From: Cylindrospermopsis raciborskii Cr2010
GTDB taxonomy: Bacteria > Cyanobacteriota > Cyanobacteriia > Cyanobacteriales > Nostocaceae
Assembly: GCF_003367075.2 (NCBI RefSeq)
Contig: NZ_CP065936.1
Coordinates: forward strand, 3,360,001 to 3,392,000
DNA: 32,000 nt
Direction of reading: 5' to 3'
Shown in pieces: positions 1 to 7,819 of the stretch. The notes beneath the pieces were generated by a model. It was not told the origin of the DNA. It saw only the letters and a program-made list of their open reading frames with translations, and did not search any database. Position 1 is the stretch's first letter, and the number at the start of each line of letters is the position of its first letter. The position numbers were made by a program, and so were the translations under genes.

Positions 1-1107
1 ATAGCCAACGAAATTCTTAACAAATCAGCTCATGTAATTAAACATAAACACCCTAATTGTCATGTAGTTTCCATTAATTGGGGTCCTTGGGATAGTGGTA
101 TGGTTTCTCCAGAATTACAGACAGCATTTGCACAACGAGGAATTAAAACCATTCCCCAAGAACTGGGTAGTAGTATCTTAGTTGATCAACTAAGAAATAG
201 TGATTCAACTATGACCCAAGTAGTAATTGGTAGTCCCTTAGTCTATATTCCTTCTACCTTGTCTAGTGAACTAAAAACCCATCAAATTACCCGTCAATTA
301 AAGTTAAACTATAACCCATTTTTACAGGATCATGTGATTGCGGGTAATCCTGTTCTTCCCGCAACTTGTGGACTGTCCTGGATATCTAGCAGTTGTGAAC
401 AACTCTATCCTGGTTTCCAAACTTTCCACTGTCCTAACTTTAAAGTCCTTAAAGGAATTGTTTTTGACCAAAATTCCCCCCATGAATATATTCTTGAAAT
501 TCAAGAAGTTGCTAAAATTGACAATCAAGAAATTCAGCTTGCGGGCAAAATTAGTAGTGTTACCAACCATGGAAAAATCAGATATCATTTTAGTAGCAAC
601 CTAATTTTGAAAAGACAAATTCCTTTAGCTGATAACTATGAACTTTTTAACCTAACCCAAGATGGTCAATTCCTAGCGAGCAATTCCTTACTATATCAAA
701 CTGGTGGTGGTAGTTTATTTCATGGTAATACTTTTCAAGGGGTAAAATCTGTGTTAAATATCAGTCCCGGTAAACTGACTATGAAATGTGAACTACCCGA
801 ACCCACATTATACCAACAGGGACAATTTAGAGTACAGACTCTTAACCCCTATATAGCAGATGTGCAGATACATTCTCTGTGGATTTGGACTCAACACTTT
901 CATCAAGTTGGTTGTTTACCATCAGAAATTGAAAATTTTGAACAATTTGCACCCGTTCCCTTTGGAGAAACGTTTTATGTAACTTGTGAAATCAAATCCA
1001 AAACCGAATCTTATGTAGTTGCTGATGTAATTACTCACAATCAAAAAGGACAAGTTTATAATCAGATGAAGGCATCAAAAGCTACAATCTTACCCAATAG
1101 CTACTAA
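1..1107 (+). CDS. C-terminal fragment of a PfaA/HglE-like multidomain secondary-lipid/polyketide synthase: end of a ketoreductase domain plus a PKS-type dehydratase. The 5' end lies outside the window.
   Basis: Frame 1 is open from nt 1, with no stop before the listed Met at 100. Translation of nt 1-99 gives ...HVVSINWGPWDSGMV, a typical KR C-terminal edge. A hot-dog DH follows with HxxxGxxxxP (LQDHVIAGNPVLP, His codon 331-333) and DxxxH (ADVQIH). Confidence 0.8.
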   Translation: MANEILNKSAHVIKHKHPNCHVVSINWGPWDSGMVSPELQTAFAQRGIKTIPQELGSSILVDQLRNSDSTMTQVVIGSPLVYIPSTLSSELKTHQITRQLKLNYNPFLQDHVIAGNPVLPATCGLSWISSSCEQLYPGFQTFHCPNFKVLKGIVFDQNSPHEYILEIQEVAKIDNQEIQLAGKISSVTNHGKIRYHFSSNLILKRQIPLADNYELFNLTQDGQFLASNSLLYQTGGGSLFHGNTFQGVKSVLNISPGKLTMKCELPEPTLYQQGQFRVQTLNPYIADVQIHSLWIWTQHFHQVGCLPSEIENFEQFAPVPFGETFYVTCEIKSKTESYVVADVITHNQKGQVYNQMKASKATILPNSY

Positions 1108-1159
1108 TAAGCAAATTCAGTCAAGGTAAGTGGGTGGGTGGAATTAAATATAAGATGAA

Positions 1160-1200
1160 CGTAGGTTGGGTTGAAGTATGAAACCCAACACCACGGGTTA
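1160..1200. repeat. Short dispersed hairpin repeat (MITE-like 'VGWVE' element typical of filamentous cyanobacteria) in the ORF1-ORF2 spacer
   Basis: cgtaGGTTGGGTTgaagtatgaAACCCAACaccacgggttacgc. The 8-bp stem is 1165-1172 paired with 1182-1189. One frame reads VGWVE..NPT, as in the spurious peptides this repeat family generates in Nostocales genomes (from memory, not searched). Confidence 0.45.
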
Positions 1201-1275
1201 CGCTACCAAATAATTGTGCCTCCCTACTTAATTGGGCTTTGTAAGACTCGTCAAATTTAAAAATGGAGAATTGTC

Positions 1276-4083
1276 ATGCAGGAGTTAATAGAAAATCTAT
1301 TTCAGAAAATGGCAATTGTGGGGTTAGATTGCCTAGTGAGTGGTTCTCAGGAACTAGATAGTTTTGAACGTAGTATTTATGAAGGAAAGCAGAATTTTAC
1401 ACCTATTAACTATAATCTTGAGCCATCATGGAAAATTCCTTTACCACAGATAGAAAATTTATCACCACCACAAAAACTAATGTTAAAGGTGGCTGAGAAT
1501 ACTCTCAAAACTGCTAACTTAAGTCAAGAAACTCAAATAGCAGTGATATTGGTGAGTAGGTTCCAAAGTGACCACCAAAATAAATTGGCTAGTTATATTT
1601 CCCAGTTATGGAATGCAACAAGTCCAGCATTCGCTGAAGAAAAATCGGTCTTTTCAGCATTAGATTTAGCACAAAAACTACTCACTAAAAATCAAGTAAA
1701 TGCTGTTTTAATAGCAGCAATAGATTGGGATCACAAAAATTCTGAAAATTTTGAGACTCATACAGGTCAACAGACTCTCAGCTATGACCAAAATGCTACT
1801 AAGACTTTGTCAGGAGAAGGAATAGCAACAATAATTTTGCAACTGGAAGAAACGGCCAAACAACAAAATTCTCACATTTATGCAGTAATTGATGCTGTCA
1901 GTATGGTGGATCAGTATCCAGACCAAGCACAAGCAGTTACCCGCTGTTGTCAAGCAGCTTTTGAGATAGCAGAAGTTACAGCTCAAGATATTGGTTATAT
2001 AGAAGTTCATGCTAGTAGTATTGGGGAACAAGATGATGCGGAAGTTCAAGGTTTAATCACTGCTTACAAAACTCAAAAGTCTAATTTAACCTGTGCTTTA
2101 GGTAGTGTGAAGACTAATATTGGTGACACTCATATTGCATCAGGAATGATGAGTTTGATTAAAACTGCACTTTGTTTATATCATCGTTATATCCCAGCTG
2201 TTCCCCAATGGACTGGTGTGAAGAAATTAGATATTTGGCATGACACTCCTTTTTATTTTGCCACCCAATCCAAACCCTGGTTTTTAGAAATAAACACCTC
2301 TAAAAGAATAGCTGCTATTAACAGCATAGAAACTGACAGGAATATACATATAATTCTGTCAGAAACAAGCAGTGAACAAGAACGGAGTAGTAAATATTTG
2401 GCCCAAATGCCTTATTATCTATTTCCCATAGGTGGTGAAAATCAGTCCTCTCTGCTAGAAAAAATGATGAAATTGCAAGATTATCTAAAGCAAAATCATT
2501 CTTCTCTATCTCACCTAGCAAGGCAAACATTTCAAGAATTTCAAAATTACCAAAGATCCCAAAATACATACGCCATAAAAAACTATATTGTCGCAATTCT
2601 CGGCAGAAATTTAGAAGAATTAATCCAAGAAATAGACAGAGGTATTGAAGGAATAAAAGGTGCATTTGCTACTGGAAAAGATTGGCAAACTCCCCTAGGT
2701 AGTTATTTCACAATTAATCCCCTGGCCAAAAAAGGTAAAATAGCCTATGTTTATTCTGGCTCATTTACATCTTATATAGGATTAGGAAGAAGTCTGTTTC
2801 GACTATTCCCTAAAATTTACGATGACCGAGTAATTAATAATGTGTATGAACGGGTAGCTAACATCGAAAAAATTCTTTATCCTCGCACCATCAATAAGGT
2901 GACCAGTAGAGAATTAGAAGCCATAGAACAGCAACTAATAGATGACCCGGTAGCCATGCTAGAATCGGAGGTTGGCTTTGCTGGATTAATTACCGCAATT
3001 TTTAAAAACTATTTTCATCTCCAACCTCAGTGTGCTTTTGGTTATAGTCTGGGTGAAACTAGTATGATGTTAGCGCAAGGTATTTGGACTAGTTTTAAAA
3101 AAACCAGTGATTATTTAAATGCTTCCCCCCTATTTAAGACCGAACTTTCTGGACCAAAAAATGCTGTTCGTCAAGCTTGGGCATTACCCCTAGATGATAA
3201 TAACAAGAATCAAGATTTTTGGGGTAACTATATTGTTCTTTGTCCAGTTTCTCAGGTGAAAGAAGCAATCAAAGATGAAAATCGGGTTTATATTACTTTG
3301 ATTAATACACCAGATGAAGTAGTCATTGCTGGAGAAAAACAAGCCTGTCAAAGGGTGATTGAAAAACTTCAGTGTGATGCTTTTCCTGCGCCCATTGATC
3401 ATGTCATTCATTGTCCACCCATGCGATCGCAGTATGGAGAACTAGTGAAAATGAACACTTTGCCAATTCAACATATTCCGGGGATAACCTTTTACTCTGG
3501 TGCTAATTATGAACCATTTACCATAGACAGTGAAATTATTGGGAATAACATAGCAAAAAATCTTTGTTACCAACTGGATTTTCCTCGGTTAATTAACCGG
3601 GTTTATGATGACAACATTAGAATATTTATCGAAGTAGGGGTTGGTGGTAACTGTTCAAGATGGATTAGTTCAACCCTGAAGGAAAAAGAACATCTTGCTG
3701 TCTCTTTAAACAGAAGAGGTGTGGAAGACCACACTTCAATTGTGAGAGCTTTAGGTAGATTAGTTAGTCATCAAGTTTCCTTAGACCTATCACCTTTATA
3801 TGGTCTGACTAATATAGAACAGGTCAATTCTTATTCACCAACCCAATGGGATAAGAATCATGCTGTAAATTTACCAAAGTCGGCAAAAATCTTCAAGTCT
3901 ATTCTCCCCTATTCTTTGCAGTCTCAGTATAAAAAATTGAGTCAGAATCATGCAATGATAAATCAAGCCCATAGCCTTTTATTAAAATCTCGGCAAGTAG
4001 CATTCCAGCAAATGAGTTCTTTGATTGGGCAAAAAATAGAGGTTTATCAATGGAAAATTGACCAAGCTAATAGAATTAAATAG
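1276..4083 (+). CDS. PfaB/HglG-like subunit: non-condensing KS-like domain plus acyltransferase domain
   Basis: 935 aa with GGAGA 6 nt upstream of the ATG. The N-terminal half is KS-like, but the DTACSSS position reads EEKSVFSALDLA (no Cys). EVHASSIGEQDDAE keeps the first His. KTNIGDTH has Asp where the second His is expected (by-eye alignment). The C-terminal AT half has YVYSGSFTSY and the nucleophile elbow GYSLGE (Ser codon 3046-3048). Confidence 0.8.
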   Translation: MQELIENLFQKMAIVGLDCLVSGSQELDSFERSIYEGKQNFTPINYNLEPSWKIPLPQIENLSPPQKLMLKVAENTLKTANLSQETQIAVILVSRFQSDHQNKLASYISQLWNATSPAFAEEKSVFSALDLAQKLLTKNQVNAVLIAAIDWDHKNSENFETHTGQQTLSYDQNATKTLSGEGIATIILQLEETAKQQNSHIYAVIDAVSMVDQYPDQAQAVTRCCQAAFEIAEVTAQDIGYIEVHASSIGEQDDAEVQGLITAYKTQKSNLTCALGSVKTNIGDTHIASGMMSLIKTALCLYHRYIPAVPQWTGVKKLDIWHDTPFYFATQSKPWFLEINTSKRIAAINSIETDRNIHIILSETSSEQERSSKYLAQMPYYLFPIGGENQSSLLEKMMKLQDYLKQNHSSLSHLARQTFQEFQNYQRSQNTYAIKNYIVAILGRNLEELIQEIDRGIEGIKGAFATGKDWQTPLGSYFTINPLAKKGKIAYVYSGSFTSYIGLGRSLFRLFPKIYDDRVINNVYERVANIEKILYPRTINKVTSRELEAIEQQLIDDPVAMLESEVGFAGLITAIFKNYFHLQPQCAFGYSLGETSMMLAQGIWTSFKKTSDYLNASPLFKTELSGPKNAVRQAWALPLDDNNKNQDFWGNYIVLCPVSQVKEAIKDENRVYITLINTPDEVVIAGEKQACQRVIEKLQCDAFPAPIDHVIHCPPMRSQYGELVKMNTLPIQHIPGITFYSGANYEPFTIDSEIIGNNIAKNLCYQLDFPRLINRVYDDNIRIFIEVGVGGNCSRWISSTLKEKEHLAVSLNRRGVEDHTSIVRALGRLVSHQVSLDLSPLYGLTNIEQVNSYSPTQWDKNHAVNLPKSAKIFKSILPYSLQSQYKKLSQNHAMINQAHSLLLKSRQVAFQQMSSLIGQKIEVYQWKIDQANRIK

Positions 4084-4192
4084 GATCTATATCAAACAAG
4101 GGGGAGGAGTGGGTGGGAAGTATTAGCTCAATATTCTCCTGCTCGCAGGTTTCCCCAATCACTTACATCACTTACAACAAAGGTTTTCCACA

Positions 4193-5857
4193 ATGTTAGT
4201 CAGAGAAAATATCATCAATCTAGACATTAATCGAGATAATTATCTGAGAGTTTCTAATTTATTTATTAATCATCTTATTAACCATCGCCCATGGCAAGGT
4301 GATTTTAATACGGTTGCATTCGACGCAAAAGAAATCAAATCAAAGTTGAGACTCTTAGAAAAACCTTGTTATGTAGTCAGACATGAAAATAAAATCGGTA
4401 TTACCAATGAAGAAAGTGTATCTGGGGGTAGCACCCAGCTAGAAATGTTAATGACAGTTCCTTCCCTAACAACTGCACAACTAGGGGATGAAAATTTTCT
4501 CAAGTCTTATGGTGTAAAATATGCTTATATGACTGGAGCAATGGCCCAGGGAATAGCATCAGAAGAAATGGTAATTGCATTGGGGAGAGCGGGAATTTTA
4601 AGCGTATTTGGTGCAGGTGGTTTATCTCCCTCTCGTGTGGAAAAAGCCATTGCTAAAATTCAACATTCCCTAAATAAAAAACCTTACGGTTTTAACTTAC
4701 TCCATAGTCCTAGTGAACCAGCAATAGAACGACATAGCGTAGATTTGTACCTAAAACACCATGTGAAAGTAGTTGAAGCATCAGCCTTTTTAGATTTAAC
4801 TGACAACATAGTTTATTATCGAGCTGCGGGATTGAGTTTAAATTCAGCCAATGAAATTGAAATCCGAAATAAAGTTATTGCTAAAATTTCCCGTCAAGAG
4901 GTAGCAGCAAAATTTTTACATCCTGCTCCCACTCAAATTCTCAAACAACTAGTAGCACAAGGTTTAATTAGTGAACTACAAGCTAATCTTGCCAGTCAAA
5001 TTCCTATGGCCGATGATATCACGGTAGAAGCTGATTCGGGAGGACATACGGATAATCGTCCCCTAATTTGTTTATTACCTTCTATCTTGGAACTAAGAAA
5101 TGAAATTCAAAATCAATACAATTATAAACATCCAGTAAGAATTGGCGTAGCTGGGGGAATTTCCACACCTAAATCAGCTCTAGCTGCTTTTATTATGGGT
5201 GCTGCTTATGTTGTTACCGGTTCCATAAATCAATCTTGTATTGAAGCTGGAACTTCTGCACACACAAAGCAATTATTAGCCCAAGCTCAAATGGCTGATG
5301 TGATGATGGCTCCAGCAGCTGATATGTTTGAAATGGGTGTGAAATTACAAGTTCTCAAACGAGGAACTCTTTTTCCCCTCCGCGCTCAAAAATTATATGA
5401 GTTATACAAAACCTATCAATCAATAGAGGAAATTCCCGACTCAGAAAGAGATAAATTAGAAAAACAAGTTTTTAAAAAATCTTGGCAAGAAGTTTGGCAA
5501 GAGACAATTAATTATTTATCTCAAAGAAATCCAGAAAAGTTAACCAAAGCAGCAAACAATCCTAAATTGAAAATGGCATTAATTTTCCGTTGGTATTTAG
5601 GACTCTCTTCTCGTTGGTCTAATACTGGAGAAAAGGGTAGAGAAATTGATTATCAAATTTGGTGCGGACCAGCTATGGGTAGCTTTAATGATTGGGTGCG
5701 AGGTTCTTATTTAGCTGAAACTCAAAAACGTCAAGTTGTTGAAGTTGCTAACCATATTATGACGGGAGCAGCATTTCTATATCGTGTCCAAAACCTAAAA
5801 ATTCAAGGATTACAAATTCCCAATGAGTATACTCAATATATTCCAGAAAAACTCTAA
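4193..5857 (+). CDS. PfaD/HglD-family trans-acting enoyl reductase (FMN, nitronate-monooxygenase-like fold)
   Basis: 554 aa. MTGAMAQGIAS, VEADSGGHTDNRP and VAGGISTP are motifs I recognise from PfaD and trans-AT PKS enoyl reductases. It sits directly after the KS-like/AT gene, as in pfa and hgl loci. Confidence 0.85.
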   Translation: MLVRENIINLDINRDNYLRVSNLFINHLINHRPWQGDFNTVAFDAKEIKSKLRLLEKPCYVVRHENKIGITNEESVSGGSTQLEMLMTVPSLTTAQLGDENFLKSYGVKYAYMTGAMAQGIASEEMVIALGRAGILSVFGAGGLSPSRVEKAIAKIQHSLNKKPYGFNLLHSPSEPAIERHSVDLYLKHHVKVVEASAFLDLTDNIVYYRAAGLSLNSANEIEIRNKVIAKISRQEVAAKFLHPAPTQILKQLVAQGLISELQANLASQIPMADDITVEADSGGHTDNRPLICLLPSILELRNEIQNQYNYKHPVRIGVAGGISTPKSALAAFIMGAAYVVTGSINQSCIEAGTSAHTKQLLAQAQMADVMMAPAADMFEMGVKLQVLKRGTLFPLRAQKLYELYKTYQSIEEIPDSERDKLEKQVFKKSWQEVWQETINYLSQRNPEKLTKAANNPKLKMALIFRWYLGLSSRWSNTGEKGREIDYQIWCGPAMGSFNDWVRGSYLAETQKRQVVEVANHIMTGAAFLYRVQNLKIQGLQIPNEYTQYIPEKL

Positions 5858-7196
5858 ATATTTTTTTAATCCTGTCAATAAAAGACAATTGAGTAGTTTA
5901 GAAACTACTATGGAACTTCTCAACCAACGCGCTAAAACTTGGAATTTGGTTACTATTAGTCGCATTCGAGGCCATATCCAAAAACCAGTTTTGAGAGAAG
6001 CTCTAGATCTTTTGCAGTATGGTCATTTAGTTCTGAATTCTCATATTGTTACCCATCAGCATAATTTTCAAAATCGGTTTTATTTGCAAACAGGTACTAC
6101 AGAAGAAATACCTTTACGGATGGTAATTAATTCGGAGGAGAAACAATGGCAAGAAGTTGTTAATCAGGAAATGAATCAACCAATTGATAGTGGTAGATAC
6201 CTGATGCGAGTGGTACTAATTATTAATCGGGAAAACCCAAAGGTTAATTATCTAGTGACTACCCTACATCATGCAATTGCTGATGGGTTATCAAGTGTTA
6301 ATCTACATTCGGAAATATTCACCTATTATGAACAAATCACCTCCGGTAATATGTTAAACCCGGTTAGTACTTTACCCCCATTACCACCACCAGAAAAACT
6401 ATTGGGTCATTTACAAGGAGCAAAGTTAAATGGATGGATATTACTGTTAAAGATCGCCTGGGAGAAACTGACTAACCCTCCACAAACTTTAAAAGTGGAA
6501 AAATATGTTCCCATTTCCCAGAGGAACTCCCAAATAATTCATAGACAAATATTATCAGATACAGCTGAAAAGTTTTTTGCCCAATGTCGAGCAGAAAATG
6601 CTACGGTGCAGAGCGTCTTATCTGCTGCTATGCTATTGACAGTAGCTAAAAAAATTCTCAACCAGCAGCGTAAGTCCATTCGATTAAATTGTCTATCCTA
6701 CTTTGATTTAAGAAGACGGTTACAACCACCCATCAATGAACAGAATATTGGTCTATTAGCCACATCCCAGATGAGTTTTCACACTGTCACAACCAACACC
6801 TATTTTTGGGATCTGGCCAGGAGGATTAAACAAACCCTAGCAGCAAGTATCCACAGAGGGGATATTTTTAAAATGGTATTTCTTGCTAAACATCTGATTA
6901 ACTTTTGCTTTCTATTTCCTCATCAAATTGCTGCTAGTGTTTCCGTTTCTAACATTGGTAAGGTTAACATCCCTGGAATATATGGTGAATTACAACTAGA
7001 AGAAATCAGTTTTGCGGGTTCTCATGCACTATATGCAGGTATGTTTATCCTTCATGTTGCCACTTTTCAAGGCAAGATGTTATTAAATTTCGTCTTTTCC
7101 CAACCTTCCCTCAGTCAAGACACTATGGAAAAACTAGTGAATGAATTTATGGAAATGATTGAACAAATTTCCCATTTACCATCTCAGGTATCATGA
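5823..7196 (+). CDS. Stand-alone condensation-domain protein (HHxxxDG acyltransferase, VibH/PapA5-like architecture)
   Basis: 457 aa. The catalytic motif HHAIADG lies at codons 149-155 (nt 6267-6287). The size and N-terminal RQLSSLE...LL segment fit an NRPS C domain. The ATG at 5823 overlaps the upstream stop by 35 nt. An alternative TTG at 5886 cannot be excluded. Confidence 0.7.
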   Translation: MSILNIFQKNSKYFFNPVNKRQLSSLETTMELLNQRAKTWNLVTISRIRGHIQKPVLREALDLLQYGHLVLNSHIVTHQHNFQNRFYLQTGTTEEIPLRMVINSEEKQWQEVVNQEMNQPIDSGRYLMRVVLIINRENPKVNYLVTTLHHAIADGLSSVNLHSEIFTYYEQITSGNMLNPVSTLPPLPPPEKLLGHLQGAKLNGWILLLKIAWEKLTNPPQTLKVEKYVPISQRNSQIIHRQILSDTAEKFFAQCRAENATVQSVLSAAMLLTVAKKILNQQRKSIRLNCLSYFDLRRRLQPPINEQNIGLLATSQMSFHTVTTNTYFWDLARRIKQTLAASIHRGDIFKMVFLAKHLINFCFLFPHQIAASVSVSNIGKVNIPGIYGELQLEEISFAGSHALYAGMFILHVATFQGKMLLNFVFSQPSLSQDTMEKLVNEFMEMIEQISHLPSQVS

Positions 7197-7235
7197 ATTC
7201 AAGATTTTAATGATTAAGAAACTGGAGGTAAATAG

Positions 7236-7523
7236 ATGAGTCAAATGACTAAGCTAAATAGTGCTGGGGATATTGAACAATGGCTAGTTAACAACATTGC
7301 TTTTATATTAGGAGTAAATCCAGAAGAAATAGATATTAAACAACCTTTAGATAGTTACGGTTTAGATTCACAACAAGCTATGATTTTAGCAAGTAAAGCC
7401 GAAAAACTTTTGGGGTTTAAATTGTCCCTGATGTACTTGTGGTACTATCCCACCATTCAACAATTAGCACAACGATTAGCTCAAGAATTAGAAAATTCCT
7501 CCTCAGAAATATTGCAAATTTAA
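7236..7523 (+). CDS. Discrete acyl/peptidyl carrier protein (PP-binding)
   Basis: 95 aa. The phosphopantetheine attachment motif is DSYGLDSQQAM (Ser codon 7368-7370), followed by YPTIQQLAQRL as in PKS/NRPS carrier domains. GGAGG lies 7 nt upstream of the ATG. Confidence 0.8.
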   Translation: MSQMTKLNSAGDIEQWLVNNIAFILGVNPEEIDIKQPLDSYGLDSQQAMILASKAEKLLGFKLSLMYLWYYPTIQQLAQRLAQELENSSSEILQI

Positions 7524-7551
7524 GATTTTCCAGTTTTCCTCCTCTAAGACT

Positions 7552-7607
7552 GACACTGGGACTGAATGGAGGACTATACAATCCGTTCAGCCAAGTGTCT
7601 TTTTTTT
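7552..7607 (+). terminator. Rho-independent terminator or attenuator between the carrier-protein gene and the docking-domain gene
   Basis: Composite stem: gacact (7552-7557) pairs with agtgtc (7594-7599), gg (7559-7560) with cc (7591-7592), and ctgaatgga (7562-7570) with tccgttcag (7582-7590, one G-U). The loop is 11 nt. The stem is followed immediately by T8 (7600-7607). Confidence 0.65.
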
Positions 7608-7657
7608 CTCTCAGCTTTTTATCATTAATCACTTTTTTTCATATTGGAGACTTAGTC

Positions 7658-7819
7658 ATGAACGCATCGGAAATCTTAGCACTTCTAACTAAGCAAGGTG
7701 TGGAATTTTGGATCGAGAATCACCAACTAAATATCCGCTCTCCCAAAGGAATAATTACACCAGAAATGCAAGCGGAAATTGCTAGCCACAAAGGAGATAT
7801 TTTGGCCTTATTGCAAGAA
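7658..7819 (+). other. N-terminal beta-hairpin docking domain (TubC_N-like)
   Basis: EILALLTKQGVEFWIENHQLNIRSPKGIITPEMQAEIASHKGDILALL fits the TubC_N pattern ELLxxLxxxGVxLWxEGDxLRxxAPKGxLTPELxxxLxxxKxEILxxL almost position for position. Confidence 0.75.

Noticed and set aside
322-604. Track ORFs 322-588 (-) and 338-604 (+), 88 aa each
   Set aside because: They lie entirely inside the well-supported DH-domain reading frame. Their translations are low-complexity (K/L/F/N-rich), typical of shadow ORFs in AT-rich DNA.
1810-3411. Antisense ORFs 1810-2049, 2318-2665 and 3190-3411 (-)
   Set aside because: These are shadow ORFs opposite the KS-like/AT gene. They have no motifs and Cys/Phe/Leu-rich nonsense composition.
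7439-7657. The 73-codon N-terminal extension of track ORF 7439-9535
   Set aside because: It overlaps the carrier-protein gene in another frame, runs through the intrinsic terminator and T-tracts, and translates to low-complexity sequence. The TubC_N docking pattern begins exactly at Met 7658, which has an upstream GGAG-like site.
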